IMG/VR virus record: IMGVR_UViG_3300037420_000101
Span: 1-37,644 of that record
DNA length: 37,644 nucleotides
Source: a virus
Taxonomy: Duplodnaviria > Caudoviricetes
Strand: one strand, 5' to 3'
The notes under the pieces were generated by a model. It saw nothing but the letters and a program-made list of their open reading frames with translations, was not told the origin of the DNA and made no database searches. Both the position numbers and the translations under genes were made by a program. Below are positions 16,611-23,842 of the stretch, one piece after another. The number at the start of each line of letters is the position of its first letter. Position 1 is the stretch's first letter.

Positions 16611-16976
16611 ATGGCAACATTGAAGGAGCGTTCCGACAACTGGAACGCAACAAGTCTCATCACCCGAGACAATCGGCATGACAAGAGCGCCGGTTACGAG
16701 GAAACTCCTCACAAGAAGAACAAGGCTAGGAAGGCACCAAAGAAAAAGCCGGGTTGTCCCGGTAACGACGGTAAGAATCACGTCTACGTATGGACTTTGC
16801 TTCGTTGGGAACCCGGCGAAAACGGAAAGCAGATTGACCGGCTCCTATGGAAGTCCTACTACAGAAGCGACCTTGTATTTTGGACTCTTGAGCGACACCA
16901 AGCGTACCTTGAATCTTACGAAGTTGAGGTTTGCGCGGGTTGCTACAAGAAGCGCCGCATTAGAAAGGCGCAGTAA
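16611..16976 (+). CDS. hypothetical basic protein
   Basis: AAGGAGG RBS; CxxC near C-terminus. Confidence 0.65.
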   Translation: MATLKERSDNWNATSLITRDNRHDKSAGYEETPHKKNKARKAPKKKPGCPGNDGKNHVYVWTLLRWEPGENGKQIDRLLWKSYYRSDLVFWTLERHQAYLESYEVEVCAGCYKKRRIRKAQ

Positions 16977-17224
16977 CACCTCACACGTCGAGAGACGGTA
17001 TAAATCAAAATTAGTGAATTGTAGCAAATGCAGAACAAAGATTACCACCCATCGGTGGGTCATGAGAGGGCTGGTTTACTGCTCACCTTCGTGTGAGCGG
17101 GGAGCTAAATCGATGTTCGAAAAGTTGTACAAAGCTCTGAAGCAGTAGCGTTTCATCGGGAACCCGGAAAATTGCCCGATAGAAAGCTGCCGGGAAAAGG
17201 GGGATACAATACCCGGCAGTGCTT

Positions 17225-17297
17225 GCCTCTGTAGTTCAAAGGATGAACGGCTGGTTTCTACCCAGCGCGTATGCAGGTTCGAATCCTGTCAGGGGTA
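17225..17297 (+). tRNA. tRNA-Arg(TCT)
   Basis: Cloverleaf; GCTGG-TTTCTAC-CCAGC. Confidence 0.9.
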
Positions 17298-17301
17298 CAA
17301 T

Positions 17302-17327
17302 AAACCCGGCCTAAAAAGCCGGGTTTT
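17302..17327 (+). terminator. intrinsic terminator
   Basis: AAACCCGGC/GCCGGGTTTT. Confidence 0.75.
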
Positions 17328-17431
17328 GTGCTGTTTGAACCACAGAAAGTAACCTTGCAACCTTGTTATCTACCTGTTATGATTAAATGCATAAGGCACG
17401 CCCCGGCCATAATCTAACAGGGAGGAATACA

Positions 17432-18652
17432 ATGAAGCACGCTAAACCGTCCATTAGCGCACCCATTCGGGAACGAAGAGCAATTGCAGTTTCACTACTC
17501 ACACTAGCAGTAGTCTGTGCAATTCTATTTAATCCATTCTGGGCAAAGGCTAACGACAATGCAACACCAGCAACACAGCAGGTTCTTGGTCGGGTCGAGA
17601 CTTGTAAGCTTAACACTTCAAGCTATTGTGTCATTAACCACGGGCTTGGAGTGAAGCCAACAGCAGTGGTTGCCACACCGGCTGGACCAGGGCAGAACAT
17701 CACAATTGATGTTTCCAAGATTACAGAGACTAGCTATACAATCAAGGCTCTGTGGCATGATGGAAAGCCATTCACCAAGCAGCCAACCATCACCTTCAAT
17801 GCAATTTACACCTACGTAGGAGCGCCGGTCGAGCCAAGTCCGTCACCTACAGTGACATCACCAACGGCGACAAATCCGTCAAACCCAACGCCAACTCCTA
17901 CGGCTACGGTCACGCCAACATCCACAATTCCTGCGGATAAGTCATGCAACCCAACAAACACCATTGCACATTTCACTGGTGAGGGTTCAGACGCAATTGG
18001 TGATGCACCATCCACTGAAGCGCCGGGGCAGTACAATGCTTCTGCTGAGCAGTGGGCAGTAAAGGATGACTACTCATCTAACATGTGCGTTTATTCTAAG
18101 GACAACTGGTACGTAGAAATCAAGGCTACTGACCATGGAGATGGAGCGGTTCAGGCTTATCCATCAATGCGTAAGATTTACCACGACTGGGGATTGGGTG
18201 GAGACTTCTCCAAAGACCCGAAGGTTAGTTCATTCCCACAGTTGAAGGCAACGGTTGCTCACACCAGTCCATCTGACTGCGCCGGATGCATCTACGAAGA
18301 GGCATTCGATATTTGGTTGAACGGCATTGGTGGAAGCAAGCCAGAATTGATGATTTGGACACACAATCAGGACCAAGTACCATACGGGAATCTGAAGGCA
18401 ACCAACATTACTCTTGACGGAGTGCAGTGGGATTACTACAATAGTGGTACCTACATGGCATTCGTTCCACATGACAAGAGTGCCAATCTGTCTGGAAAGA
18501 CATTTGACTTGAAGCAGTACATTGCTTACGTATCAAATGTTGTAGGTTCTGACCCAACACTGGGACAGATTTCCTACGGTGTTGAGCCGGTAGATACCGA
18601 TGGTGTATTCAAGCGTTGGGACTTTACGAAGTTCGAGATTCTAGACAAGTGA
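17432..18652 (+). CDS. secreted glycoside hydrolase family 12-like protein with Pro/Thr linker
   Basis: Signal peptide, PT-rich linker, AYPS, AFDIW, ELMIW and GVEP motifs matching the GH12 catalytic Glu pair. Confidence 0.8.
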   Translation: MKHAKPSISAPIRERRAIAVSLLTLAVVCAILFNPFWAKANDNATPATQQVLGRVETCKLNTSSYCVINHGLGVKPTAVVATPAGPGQNITIDVSKITETSYTIKALWHDGKPFTKQPTITFNAIYTYVGAPVEPSPSPTVTSPTATNPSNPTPTPTATVTPTSTIPADKSCNPTNTIAHFTGEGSDAIGDAPSTEAPGQYNASAEQWAVKDDYSSNMCVYSKDNWYVEIKATDHGDGAVQAYPSMRKIYHDWGLGGDFSKDPKVSSFPQLKATVAHTSPSDCAGCIYEEAFDIWLNGIGGSKPELMIWTHNQDQVPYGNLKATNITLDGVQWDYYNSGTYMAFVPHDKSANLSGKTFDLKQYIAYVSNVVGSDPTLGQISYGVEPVDTDGVFKRWDFTKFEILDK

Positions 18653-18653
18653 G

Positions 18654-18683
18654 TTGACGCAGGCTGAAAAGCCGTGCTACAAT
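18654..18683 (+). promoter_or_regulatory. sigma70/HrdB-type promoter
   Basis: TTGACG-N18-TACAAT. Confidence 0.7.
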
Positions 18684-18715
18684 TAAACGAGTGAAGGTGA
18701 AAGCCTTCACTCTAT

Positions 18716-18787
18716 GGCTGGGACGAGACAAGGAGTCCAAGTTCTCTCATAAGGAACTATTGGTCGGTTCGATTCCGACTCCAGCTA
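18716..18787 (+). tRNA. tRNA CAT (Met or Ile2), atypical D arm
   Basis: GGCTGGG/TCCAGCT acceptor; GTTCT-CTCATAA-GGAAC; T arm GTCGG-TTCGATT-CCGAC. Confidence 0.75.
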
Positions 18788-18789
18788 CT

Positions 18790-18861
18790 CGCAGGGTAGT
18801 GAAACGGCATCACGCGAGTTTCATATGCTCGAAATCCGGTTCGAATCCGGCCCTGCCCCCA
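18790..18861 (+). tRNA. tRNA-Met(CAT), initiator-like C1 mismatch
   Basis: CGCAGGG/CCCTGCC; CGAGT-TTCATAT-GCTCG; encoded CCA. Confidence 0.82.
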
Positions 18862-18864
18862 CTT

Positions 18865-19245
18865 ATGAAGTTCTACGAAAATCCGGTGGTTTTGAGGGCA
18901 TTCCATGGATGGTGTACACTATTCTGGTTGCCCTTCACCGTTGTTAGCTACTACGTTGGCTGGCTAGAGAGTGTGGTATTCGTAAGCGTAGTATCTATGG
19001 TAGCCTTGTTCTTGGGGTCATTCTCAAGCTGGCAAGCGGCAAGAACCGAAGTAGTTCAAGATGAAACTACAGAGACCTTGCCGGATAAGCTTGACAGACT
19101 GAGAAGGCGTCGAGTAAGCTACTACAAGAGCAGGTTGATTAGAAACCAACTTGCAATGCGTGCTTATTCCGTAGAGGTAGCGGGACTGTCTGTAAAACAG
19201 TTGTCTTCGGGCTCGGGTGGTTCGACTCCATCAGCGCGCACGTAG
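18865..19245 (+). CDS. possible membrane protein (3' part overlaps promoter and tRNA-Tyr)
   Basis: Two hydrophobic segments; no clear RBS. Confidence 0.4.
   Translation: MKFYENPVVLRAFHGWCTLFWLPFTVVSYYVGWLESVVFVSVVSMVALFLGSFSSWQAARTEVVQDETTETLPDKLDRLRRRRVSYYKSRLIRNQLAMRAYSVEVAGLSVKQLSSGSGGSTPSART
19091..19120 (+). promoter_or_regulatory. sigma70/HrdB-type promoter
   Basis: TTGACA-N18-TAAGCT. Confidence 0.65.
19158..19240 (+). tRNA. tRNA-Tyr(GTA)
   Basis: Cloverleaf with variable arm; ACTGT-CTGTAAA-ACAGT. Confidence 0.92.
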
Positions 19246-19262
19246 TAAAGGGAGGTGAAAAA

Positions 19263-19532
19263 GTGCCATTTACTGAGACTGTTACAATGGGTCAGGAGCT
19301 TACAATTAGATTTGTAAGGTATTATGACCCACAAGACCCTCAAGATTGGGCTGCGGATTGGCTTGAAATTAAGCCTAGCTTTGGAACGTTGCCGGGAACT
19401 TATGAAGAGGGATACCAGACAATCATTGATTCTCTGACAGAACTATTGGGTGCCGATGGCTGGCAATTCCAATATGCATATGCAAGCGTATCAGGGCCAC
19501 AGTTCGGAACATTCACTCCAACTCAGGCATAA
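19263..19532 (+). CDS. hypothetical protein
   Basis: GGAGGTG RBS, GTG start. Confidence 0.7.
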   Translation: MPFTETVTMGQELTIRFVRYYDPQDPQDWAADWLEIKPSFGTLPGTYEEGYQTIIDSLTELLGADGWQFQYAYASVSGPQFGTFTPTQA

Positions 19533-19562
19533 GGAGTAGGCAGCCATGCCTCAAATGGCGAT

Positions 19563-19634
19563 GGGCCATTAACTCAGCGGTAGAGTGCTTCCATGGCATG
19601 GAAGAAGTCGCAGGTTCAAATCCTGTATGGTCCA
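19563..19634 (+). tRNA. tRNA-Ala(GGC)
   Basis: G3.U70; CTTCC-ATGGCAT-GGAAG. Confidence 0.92.
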
Positions 19635-19737
19635 CGGTGGTGGCTGGGCTATAAGCTCTAGTAAGTCGGAGGTAATTACGTAATATCCCGAGAAACTACT
19701 AGGGTGAAGGAACTAATTAAGGGTTCACCACCAACAA

Positions 19738-19806
19738 GCCTTCGGTGACGGAATCTCGGAAGAGTCTTCGAAACTTTTCTTCAGGGTTCGACTCCCTGCG
19801 GGGGCA
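19738..19806 (+). tRNA. tRNA-Arg(TCG) with degenerate D arm
   Basis: GCCTTCG/CGGGGGC acceptor; AGAGT-CTTCGAA-ACTTT; CAGGG-TTCGACT-CCCTG; 69 nt. Confidence 0.7.
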
Positions 19807-19851
19807 CGAAAGCGAGTGTAATAAGGTTCGCCCTTACGCCCGTTTTCTCAT

Positions 19852-19925
19852 GGTGTGTTGGCCGAGTGGTTAGGTACTGGATTGCAAACCCAGGCACACC
19901 GGTTCGAATCCGGTACGCACCTCCA
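19852..19925 (+). tRNA. tRNA-Cys(GCA)
   Basis: Cloverleaf; loop TTGCAAA; U73 and CCA. Confidence 0.92.
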
Positions 19926-19926
19926 T

Positions 19927-19999
19927 TCTCCTGTAGCGTAAACGGCGAACGTGCTCGGCTGTTAACCGAGAATTCCGGGTTCGAATCCTGGCGGGAGAG
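19927..19999 (+). tRNA. tRNA-Asn(GTT)
   Basis: Cloverleaf; CTCGG-CTGTTAA-CCGAG. Confidence 0.9.
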
Positions 20000-20070
20000 C
20001 AAAGCGTAGTTCGAAATACGCTCAGTCAAGTCGGGGTTCGATTCCTGCTGGTTGCAACGGCTTGGCGAAT

Positions 20071-20142
20071 GTCTTTGTAGGCTAATGGATAAACCCGCTC
20101 CCTCCTAAGGAGCTATTCCCGGTTCGAGTCCGGGCAGGGACA
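20071..20142 (+). tRNA. tRNA-Arg(CCT)
   Basis: Cloverleaf; GCTCC-CTCCTAA-GGAGC. Confidence 0.9.
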
Positions 20143-20153
20143 CGCAGTAACAA

Positions 20154-20576
20154 GGGGTCGAAAGGTATCGATTCTGAAATAGAGAGTATGAACGCAGCCC
20201 GACTTCGTTGAGAGAGTCGTTAAACACTTGACAAACAATAAATGCAGCCGATAACATCGATGCAGAGTACGAGGCGCTTTGCGCTGAGTACAACCTTGCT
20301 TCTGTCTGAGCGATAGAACAAGGCGGGGCTTGCCGTGGAAGTCGCCCTGTTAGATAAGTGCTTCCACATTAGGTGCTGACAACCTTTAAAGGTCAGTGGT
20401 GGAAATCGAACAAGAAATTGTTCACCCCTACTGCTCGGCATCAGTTTAAACTGCTAGAGGTAGACGGACTTATCCTGGGACCACCTTCAATCGTAAAGGT
20501 CTAAAGAATAGGGATGGCTGTAATTCGGATGTACGATTGAAAGCAGAAGACGGGAGTTCGATTCTCCCCGACTCCA
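20154..20576 (+). ncRNA. ssrA: tmRNA
   Basis: 5' GGGGTCGAAAGGTATCGA; 3' GACGGGAGTTCGATTCTCCCCGACTCCA with G3.U70; ATAAAT-GCA resume site and tag ORF 20244-20309. Confidence 0.92.
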
Positions 20577-20594
20577 CAACTAGAGAGGAAGGGC

Positions 20595-20864
20595 ATGTCA
20601 GACACGATTGTCAAGAAAGAGGACTTCTTCTCTCTCGACACGAAGGTACGACTAATCACCGTTGAGGCGAACCCGTTCGAAATGAATGGGAGATATGCCC
20701 GGTATTTCGCAATTTCGAAGAACGGTAACATTGAGTACACTTCGCCGCTCTTTTACGGCGGGTCTACAGAGGATGTAATCCGCAACTGTGACTCAGCCCT
20801 ACAGGTCGTGAGGCAACTCTTGGCCGATACACAGTTCCTTATAGGAGAGGTAGTTGGCGCGTAA
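20595..20864 (+). CDS. hypothetical protein
   Basis: GAGG RBS, ORF. Confidence 0.65.
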   Translation: MSDTIVKKEDFFSLDTKVRLITVEANPFEMNGRYARYFAISKNGNIEYTSPLFYGGSTEDVIRNCDSALQVVRQLLADTQFLIGEVVGA

Positions 20865-21354
20865 AATTCTGACTAAGCTTGCCAGAGCACTTGATACTCA
20901 GGAGCTAAGATACTGCTACAATAGCAGTTTTCGGTCATATGGAGACCTCAGTGAATGGCTTTATCAAGCTAGACACTGGGATGATTGGGCAGACACTAAG
21001 GCCATTCTCGTTGAAGAGGATGGCGTTTTTCTTGGCTGGGGTCTGAGGAGAAGCGACGGTGAAGTCGGCTTCTGGACTCGTCGGGAAGCCCGAGGTAAGG
21101 GCATTGGCATGGCTATGGTCAAAAGAGCGGCTAAGCTGGGAAACATCGTCACTCATCCGCATGACGAACCATCGCGGGCTCTATTTCGGAAAGCCGCCCG
21201 AATTATACCAACAGAGGTAGCTCTGGTAGACTACAAGCAAGACTTCCTAGAGGATGTCTCTACAGAGCTAAAGACACTAGGTAGAAAGACTAAACTGAGT
21301 CTAGATAGTGAACGTTACGGAGACCATCTTCTTCAGGTACTAGCTAAGGAGTGA
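20854..21354 (+). CDS. GNAT-family acetyltransferase
   Basis: Acetyl-CoA-binding motif A (ARGKGIGMAMV) and PSRALFRK. Confidence 0.75.
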   Translation: MARKILTKLARALDTQELRYCYNSSFRSYGDLSEWLYQARHWDDWADTKAILVEEDGVFLGWGLRRSDGEVGFWTRREARGKGIGMAMVKRAAKLGNIVTHPHDEPSRALFRKAARIIPTEVALVDYKQDFLEDVSTELKTLGRKTKLSLDSERYGDHLLQVLAKE

Positions 21355-21355
21355 C

Positions 21356-21502
21356 GTGCAGTATTACCCGAGACGCTACAGGAACCGCGATTCCCTTAAA
21401 GACCCTAAGGCACAGGCGCTAAAAGGTGAAATGTCGCAAGCCGACCGGATTCGTGAGAGACTAGCTCAACTACGACAGGAAGTAGACGCAAATCGTGTAT
21501 AG
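21356..21502 (+). CDS. small hypothetical protein (not in ORF track)
   Basis: AAGGAG RBS, GTG start, 48 aa. Confidence 0.45.
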   Translation: MQYYPRRYRNRDSLKDPKAQALKGEMSQADRIRERLAQLRQEVDANRV

Positions 21503-21620
21503 GAAAGCTCTCTGGTTTGGCTTCTGGAGCATGTCATTCTCAAGCTTCATTCTCTTGTGTCAGGGAGAAATTCTGCTGATGTTTGGAGCGATTATCTTGG
21601 TCTTGACCTGTAACGCGGAG

Positions 21621-21650
21621 TTGACGCGAACATCTGAAGAGTGATACAAT
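21621..21650 (+). promoter_or_regulatory. sigma70/HrdB-type promoter
   Basis: TTGACG-N18-TACAAT. Confidence 0.7.
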
Positions 21651-21735
21651 AAATAAGCTAGGTTAGAGATTCGTTACCACGGCGGGTGGAAACTTAGCAG
21701 TGCATCATCCTAAGTTGGTGGAGGGGTGCACATAT

Positions 21736-21808
21736 TGGTCTATAGCTCAATTGGCAGAGCAGTCGGCTGTTAACCGACCGGTTATAGGTTCGAGTCCTAT
21801 TAGGCCAG
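21736..21808 (+). tRNA. tRNA-Asn(GTT)
   Basis: Cloverleaf; GTCGG-CTGTTAA-CCGAC. Confidence 0.93.
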
Positions 21809-21812
21809 CGGA

Positions 21813-21900
21813 ACCGTAAAGAGACGGGTGAGAGTCCCGGCAGGGGTTGACTGAGGTTGCAAACTCTGAGACTCTAGGTAGTGTAGATAGCACAGACGGT
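21813..21900 (+). ncRNA. candidate circularly permuted tRNA-like RNA
   Basis: ACCGT/ACGGT closing stem; T-like arm CGGG-TGAGAGT-CCCG; long closed hairpin; D-like arm TA-GTGT-AGATA-GCAC. Confidence 0.5.
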
Positions 21901-21905
21901 GTATT

Positions 21906-21983
21906 GCCCGGTTAGCTCATTTGGTGTAGAGCGCGAATCTTGTAAATTCGAGGCGGTCGGTTCGAAACCGACACTGGGCTCCA
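21906..21983 (+). tRNA. tRNA-Thr(TGT)
   Basis: Cloverleaf; CGAAT-CTTGTAA-ATTCG; CCA. Confidence 0.92.
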
Positions 21984-22064
21984 AGGGGTAATTGCTGAGG
22001 AGATAATATCAAGCTCAGTTTACTCCTGCTACCAAACACTGTGAAACTCAGAATGGTAGCATTT

Positions 22065-22146
22065 GCACGCATGGCGGAACGGTAGACGCGCAGTGTTGAG
22101 GGCGCTGTGTCCTAGTGGCGTGAGAGTTCGAATCTCTCTGTGTGCA
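22065..22146 (+). tRNA. tRNA-Leu(GAG)
   Basis: Cloverleaf with variable arm; CAGTG-TTGAGGG-CGCTG. Confidence 0.9.
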
Positions 22147-22148
22147 CG

Positions 22149-22218
22149 GCTAAAGGTTGTGGGTTCAAATCCTGCCCCTTATGTAAAAGTTCGGGTAGCT
22201 CAATGGAAGAGCGTTAGC
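22149..22218 (+). ncRNA. circularly permuted tRNA-like RNA (open at anticodon)
   Basis: GCTAA/TTAGC stem; T arm GTGGG-TTCAAAT-CCTGC; CCC...GGG hairpin; D arm TAGCTCAATGGAAGAGC. Confidence 0.65.
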
Positions 22219-22221
22219 GAT

Positions 22222-22292
22222 AGCAAAGATGCGGGTTCGAATCCCGCCTGCTTCGGGAAACCGGGGTTGTAGCTTAATGGCAAAGCGTTGCT
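22222..22292 (+). ncRNA. circularly permuted tRNA-like RNA (open at anticodon)
   Basis: AGCAA/TTGCT stem; T arm GCGGG-TTCGAAT-CCCGC; GAAA-capped acceptor hairpin; D arm TAGCTTAATGGCAAAGC. Confidence 0.72.
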
Positions 22293-22296
22293 TATT

Positions 22297-22379
22297 GGTG
22301 GGTTCGCATAGAGGTCTAGTGCACTGTCTTGGAAAGGCAGCGGAGGAAACTCCCAAGGGTTCGAATCCCTTACCCACCG
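22297..22379 (+). tRNA. tRNA-Ser(GGA)
   Basis: Cloverleaf with variable arm; CTGTC-TTGGAAA-GGCAG. Confidence 0.92.
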
Positions 22380-22502
22380 CTTGGAAGTAGGGGTTTAACG
22401 TGTCACCGACCACCAACCTAGGATAAGGTGGCTCTCGGGTAAGGCCGGATTCGGGAATCACGTTGACTTAAACGACAAACGGTCATGTGCCCACTTCCAC
22501 TT

Positions 22503-22589
22503 GGTGAGTTGCCAGAGTCCGGTTTATCGGGCAGTCCTGCTAAGACTGTGAGTGTAAAAGCTCCGTGGGTTCGAATCCCACACTCACCG
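22503..22589 (+). tRNA. tRNA-Ser(GCT)
   Basis: Cloverleaf with variable arm; CAGTC-CTGCTAA-GACTG. Confidence 0.92.
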
Positions 22590-22612
22590 CTTCATTGACC
22601 GAAAGGTTGGTA

Positions 22613-23608
22613 ATGACAAAAGAATTTCCAAAGAAGACACACATCATTTCGAAAATCGATATGGATAGTGTGTCTTTTAATTTTGGAGCATTTGCTCAAC
22701 ACATGCTTGCCATGAAGAAGGCTGCACAAGAGTCCGGGGAGGCTATCATCACATTTCAATCCAGCATGTGGCCCGAGTTGGAACTGCCACACGATGCCAT
22801 CAATAAGATGACAGATTACCTTGGACAAACTGCCGCCCATCTATGGGGAACAGAGAATGTCACCAAAGAATGGCATTACCATCCGAAGACTGATATGTTC
22901 TCACTCGCCATTAGTGTTATGGCAATGCAAAAAACTGCCATTTTTGCAATGAAGTTCACCTCTGAGTACTTTGTTGGTACAGACACCAAAGCGAATTTCT
23001 TTGATATCCTGCGCAAAATGTGCATGACGTGCGACGATAAATTTAAGGTATCGTATGTACTTCCCAGCGCGCATTCGATTTTTGCCAAGGATGTCGGTAA
23101 CATTGACCTGTTTGGACCCACATTCTCACATACCATGAGTTCCTATGAATATTTGAAATCCAAGGGTTACCTTGACCAGCTAGACTTCTTCTGGGATAAT
23201 CCGAACGGTCACTACCCGTACAAACGGGCTCGTGAATTTGGCATTAGGAAGGATGTCAATAAGGACTGGTGGCACCACGGAGTCAAGAATGGCGATATCG
23301 TTCCCAAATTTGACATGGACTTGGCGACTGGTGGATATCTGACTGGTGGAATCATGGGTGATGACTACGCTGATTCTGGTGTACTCATGAAGAAGATTTG
23401 CCCCGGCTTGATGGAATTCGTGAAGTATCCCTGTGGATGCAAGGAAACTGACACTATTCAGAGAATCATCATTCATCTCAATGACCAGGGATATCACAAG
23501 AATGATAGCGGAGAGTGGACCCGCGAAGAAATCGCGGATTGGCTTGAAAGCCTTGACGTAGACCTCTCTCTGAGAGACAATAGTACTACCACTGAAAAGG
23601 AGAACTAA
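22613..23608 (+). CDS. hypothetical protein
   Basis: Long ORF, GAAAGG RBS; C-terminal IIHLND...WTREEIADWL motif. Confidence 0.7.
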   Translation: MTKEFPKKTHIISKIDMDSVSFNFGAFAQHMLAMKKAAQESGEAIITFQSSMWPELELPHDAINKMTDYLGQTAAHLWGTENVTKEWHYHPKTDMFSLAISVMAMQKTAIFAMKFTSEYFVGTDTKANFFDILRKMCMTCDDKFKVSYVLPSAHSIFAKDVGNIDLFGPTFSHTMSSYEYLKSKGYLDQLDFFWDNPNGHYPYKRAREFGIRKDVNKDWWHHGVKNGDIVPKFDMDLATGGYLTGGIMGDDYADSGVLMKKICPGLMEFVKYPCGCKETDTIQRIIIHLNDQGYHKNDSGEWTREEIADWLESLDVDLSLRDNSTTTEKEN

Positions 23609-23609
23609 A

Positions 23610-23828
23610 TTGATTACTAGAGAGACAAAGGCCGATGAGCTTTCTGAGCTTATGAAGGCCGACCTGGCAAACATCGAGCTTGACCTTCTTACCAAGCCCT
23701 ACAGCCTTGCGGATGCAATTCGTGATGGCATCAAGGTTACAGAGAAGGCTCGTGGCTGGGGTTCTGAGAACCGCGCTTGCGCTCTCAGTGCCGCCGCAAT
23801 TGCAGCAAAGTCAAAGGGTCTTATCTAA
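23610..23828 (+). CDS. hypothetical protein
   Basis: AAGGAG RBS, TTG start. Confidence 0.7.
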   Translation: MITRETKADELSELMKADLANIELDLLTKPYSLADAIRDGIKVTEKARGWGSENRACALSAAAIAAKSKGLI

Positions 23829-23842
23829 GAGTTAGGAGAGAA

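Noticed and set aside
17812-17940. Repeat-like ACC/CCA-rich tract
   Set aside because: Encodes the Pro/Thr linker of the GH12 protein; not a DNA repeat element
22191-22254. Ordinary tRNA read across the junction of the two permuted units
   Set aside because: The would-be anticodon arm TTAGC-GAT-AGCAA does not pair and the acceptor is poor; each strand pairs perfectly within its own permuted unit
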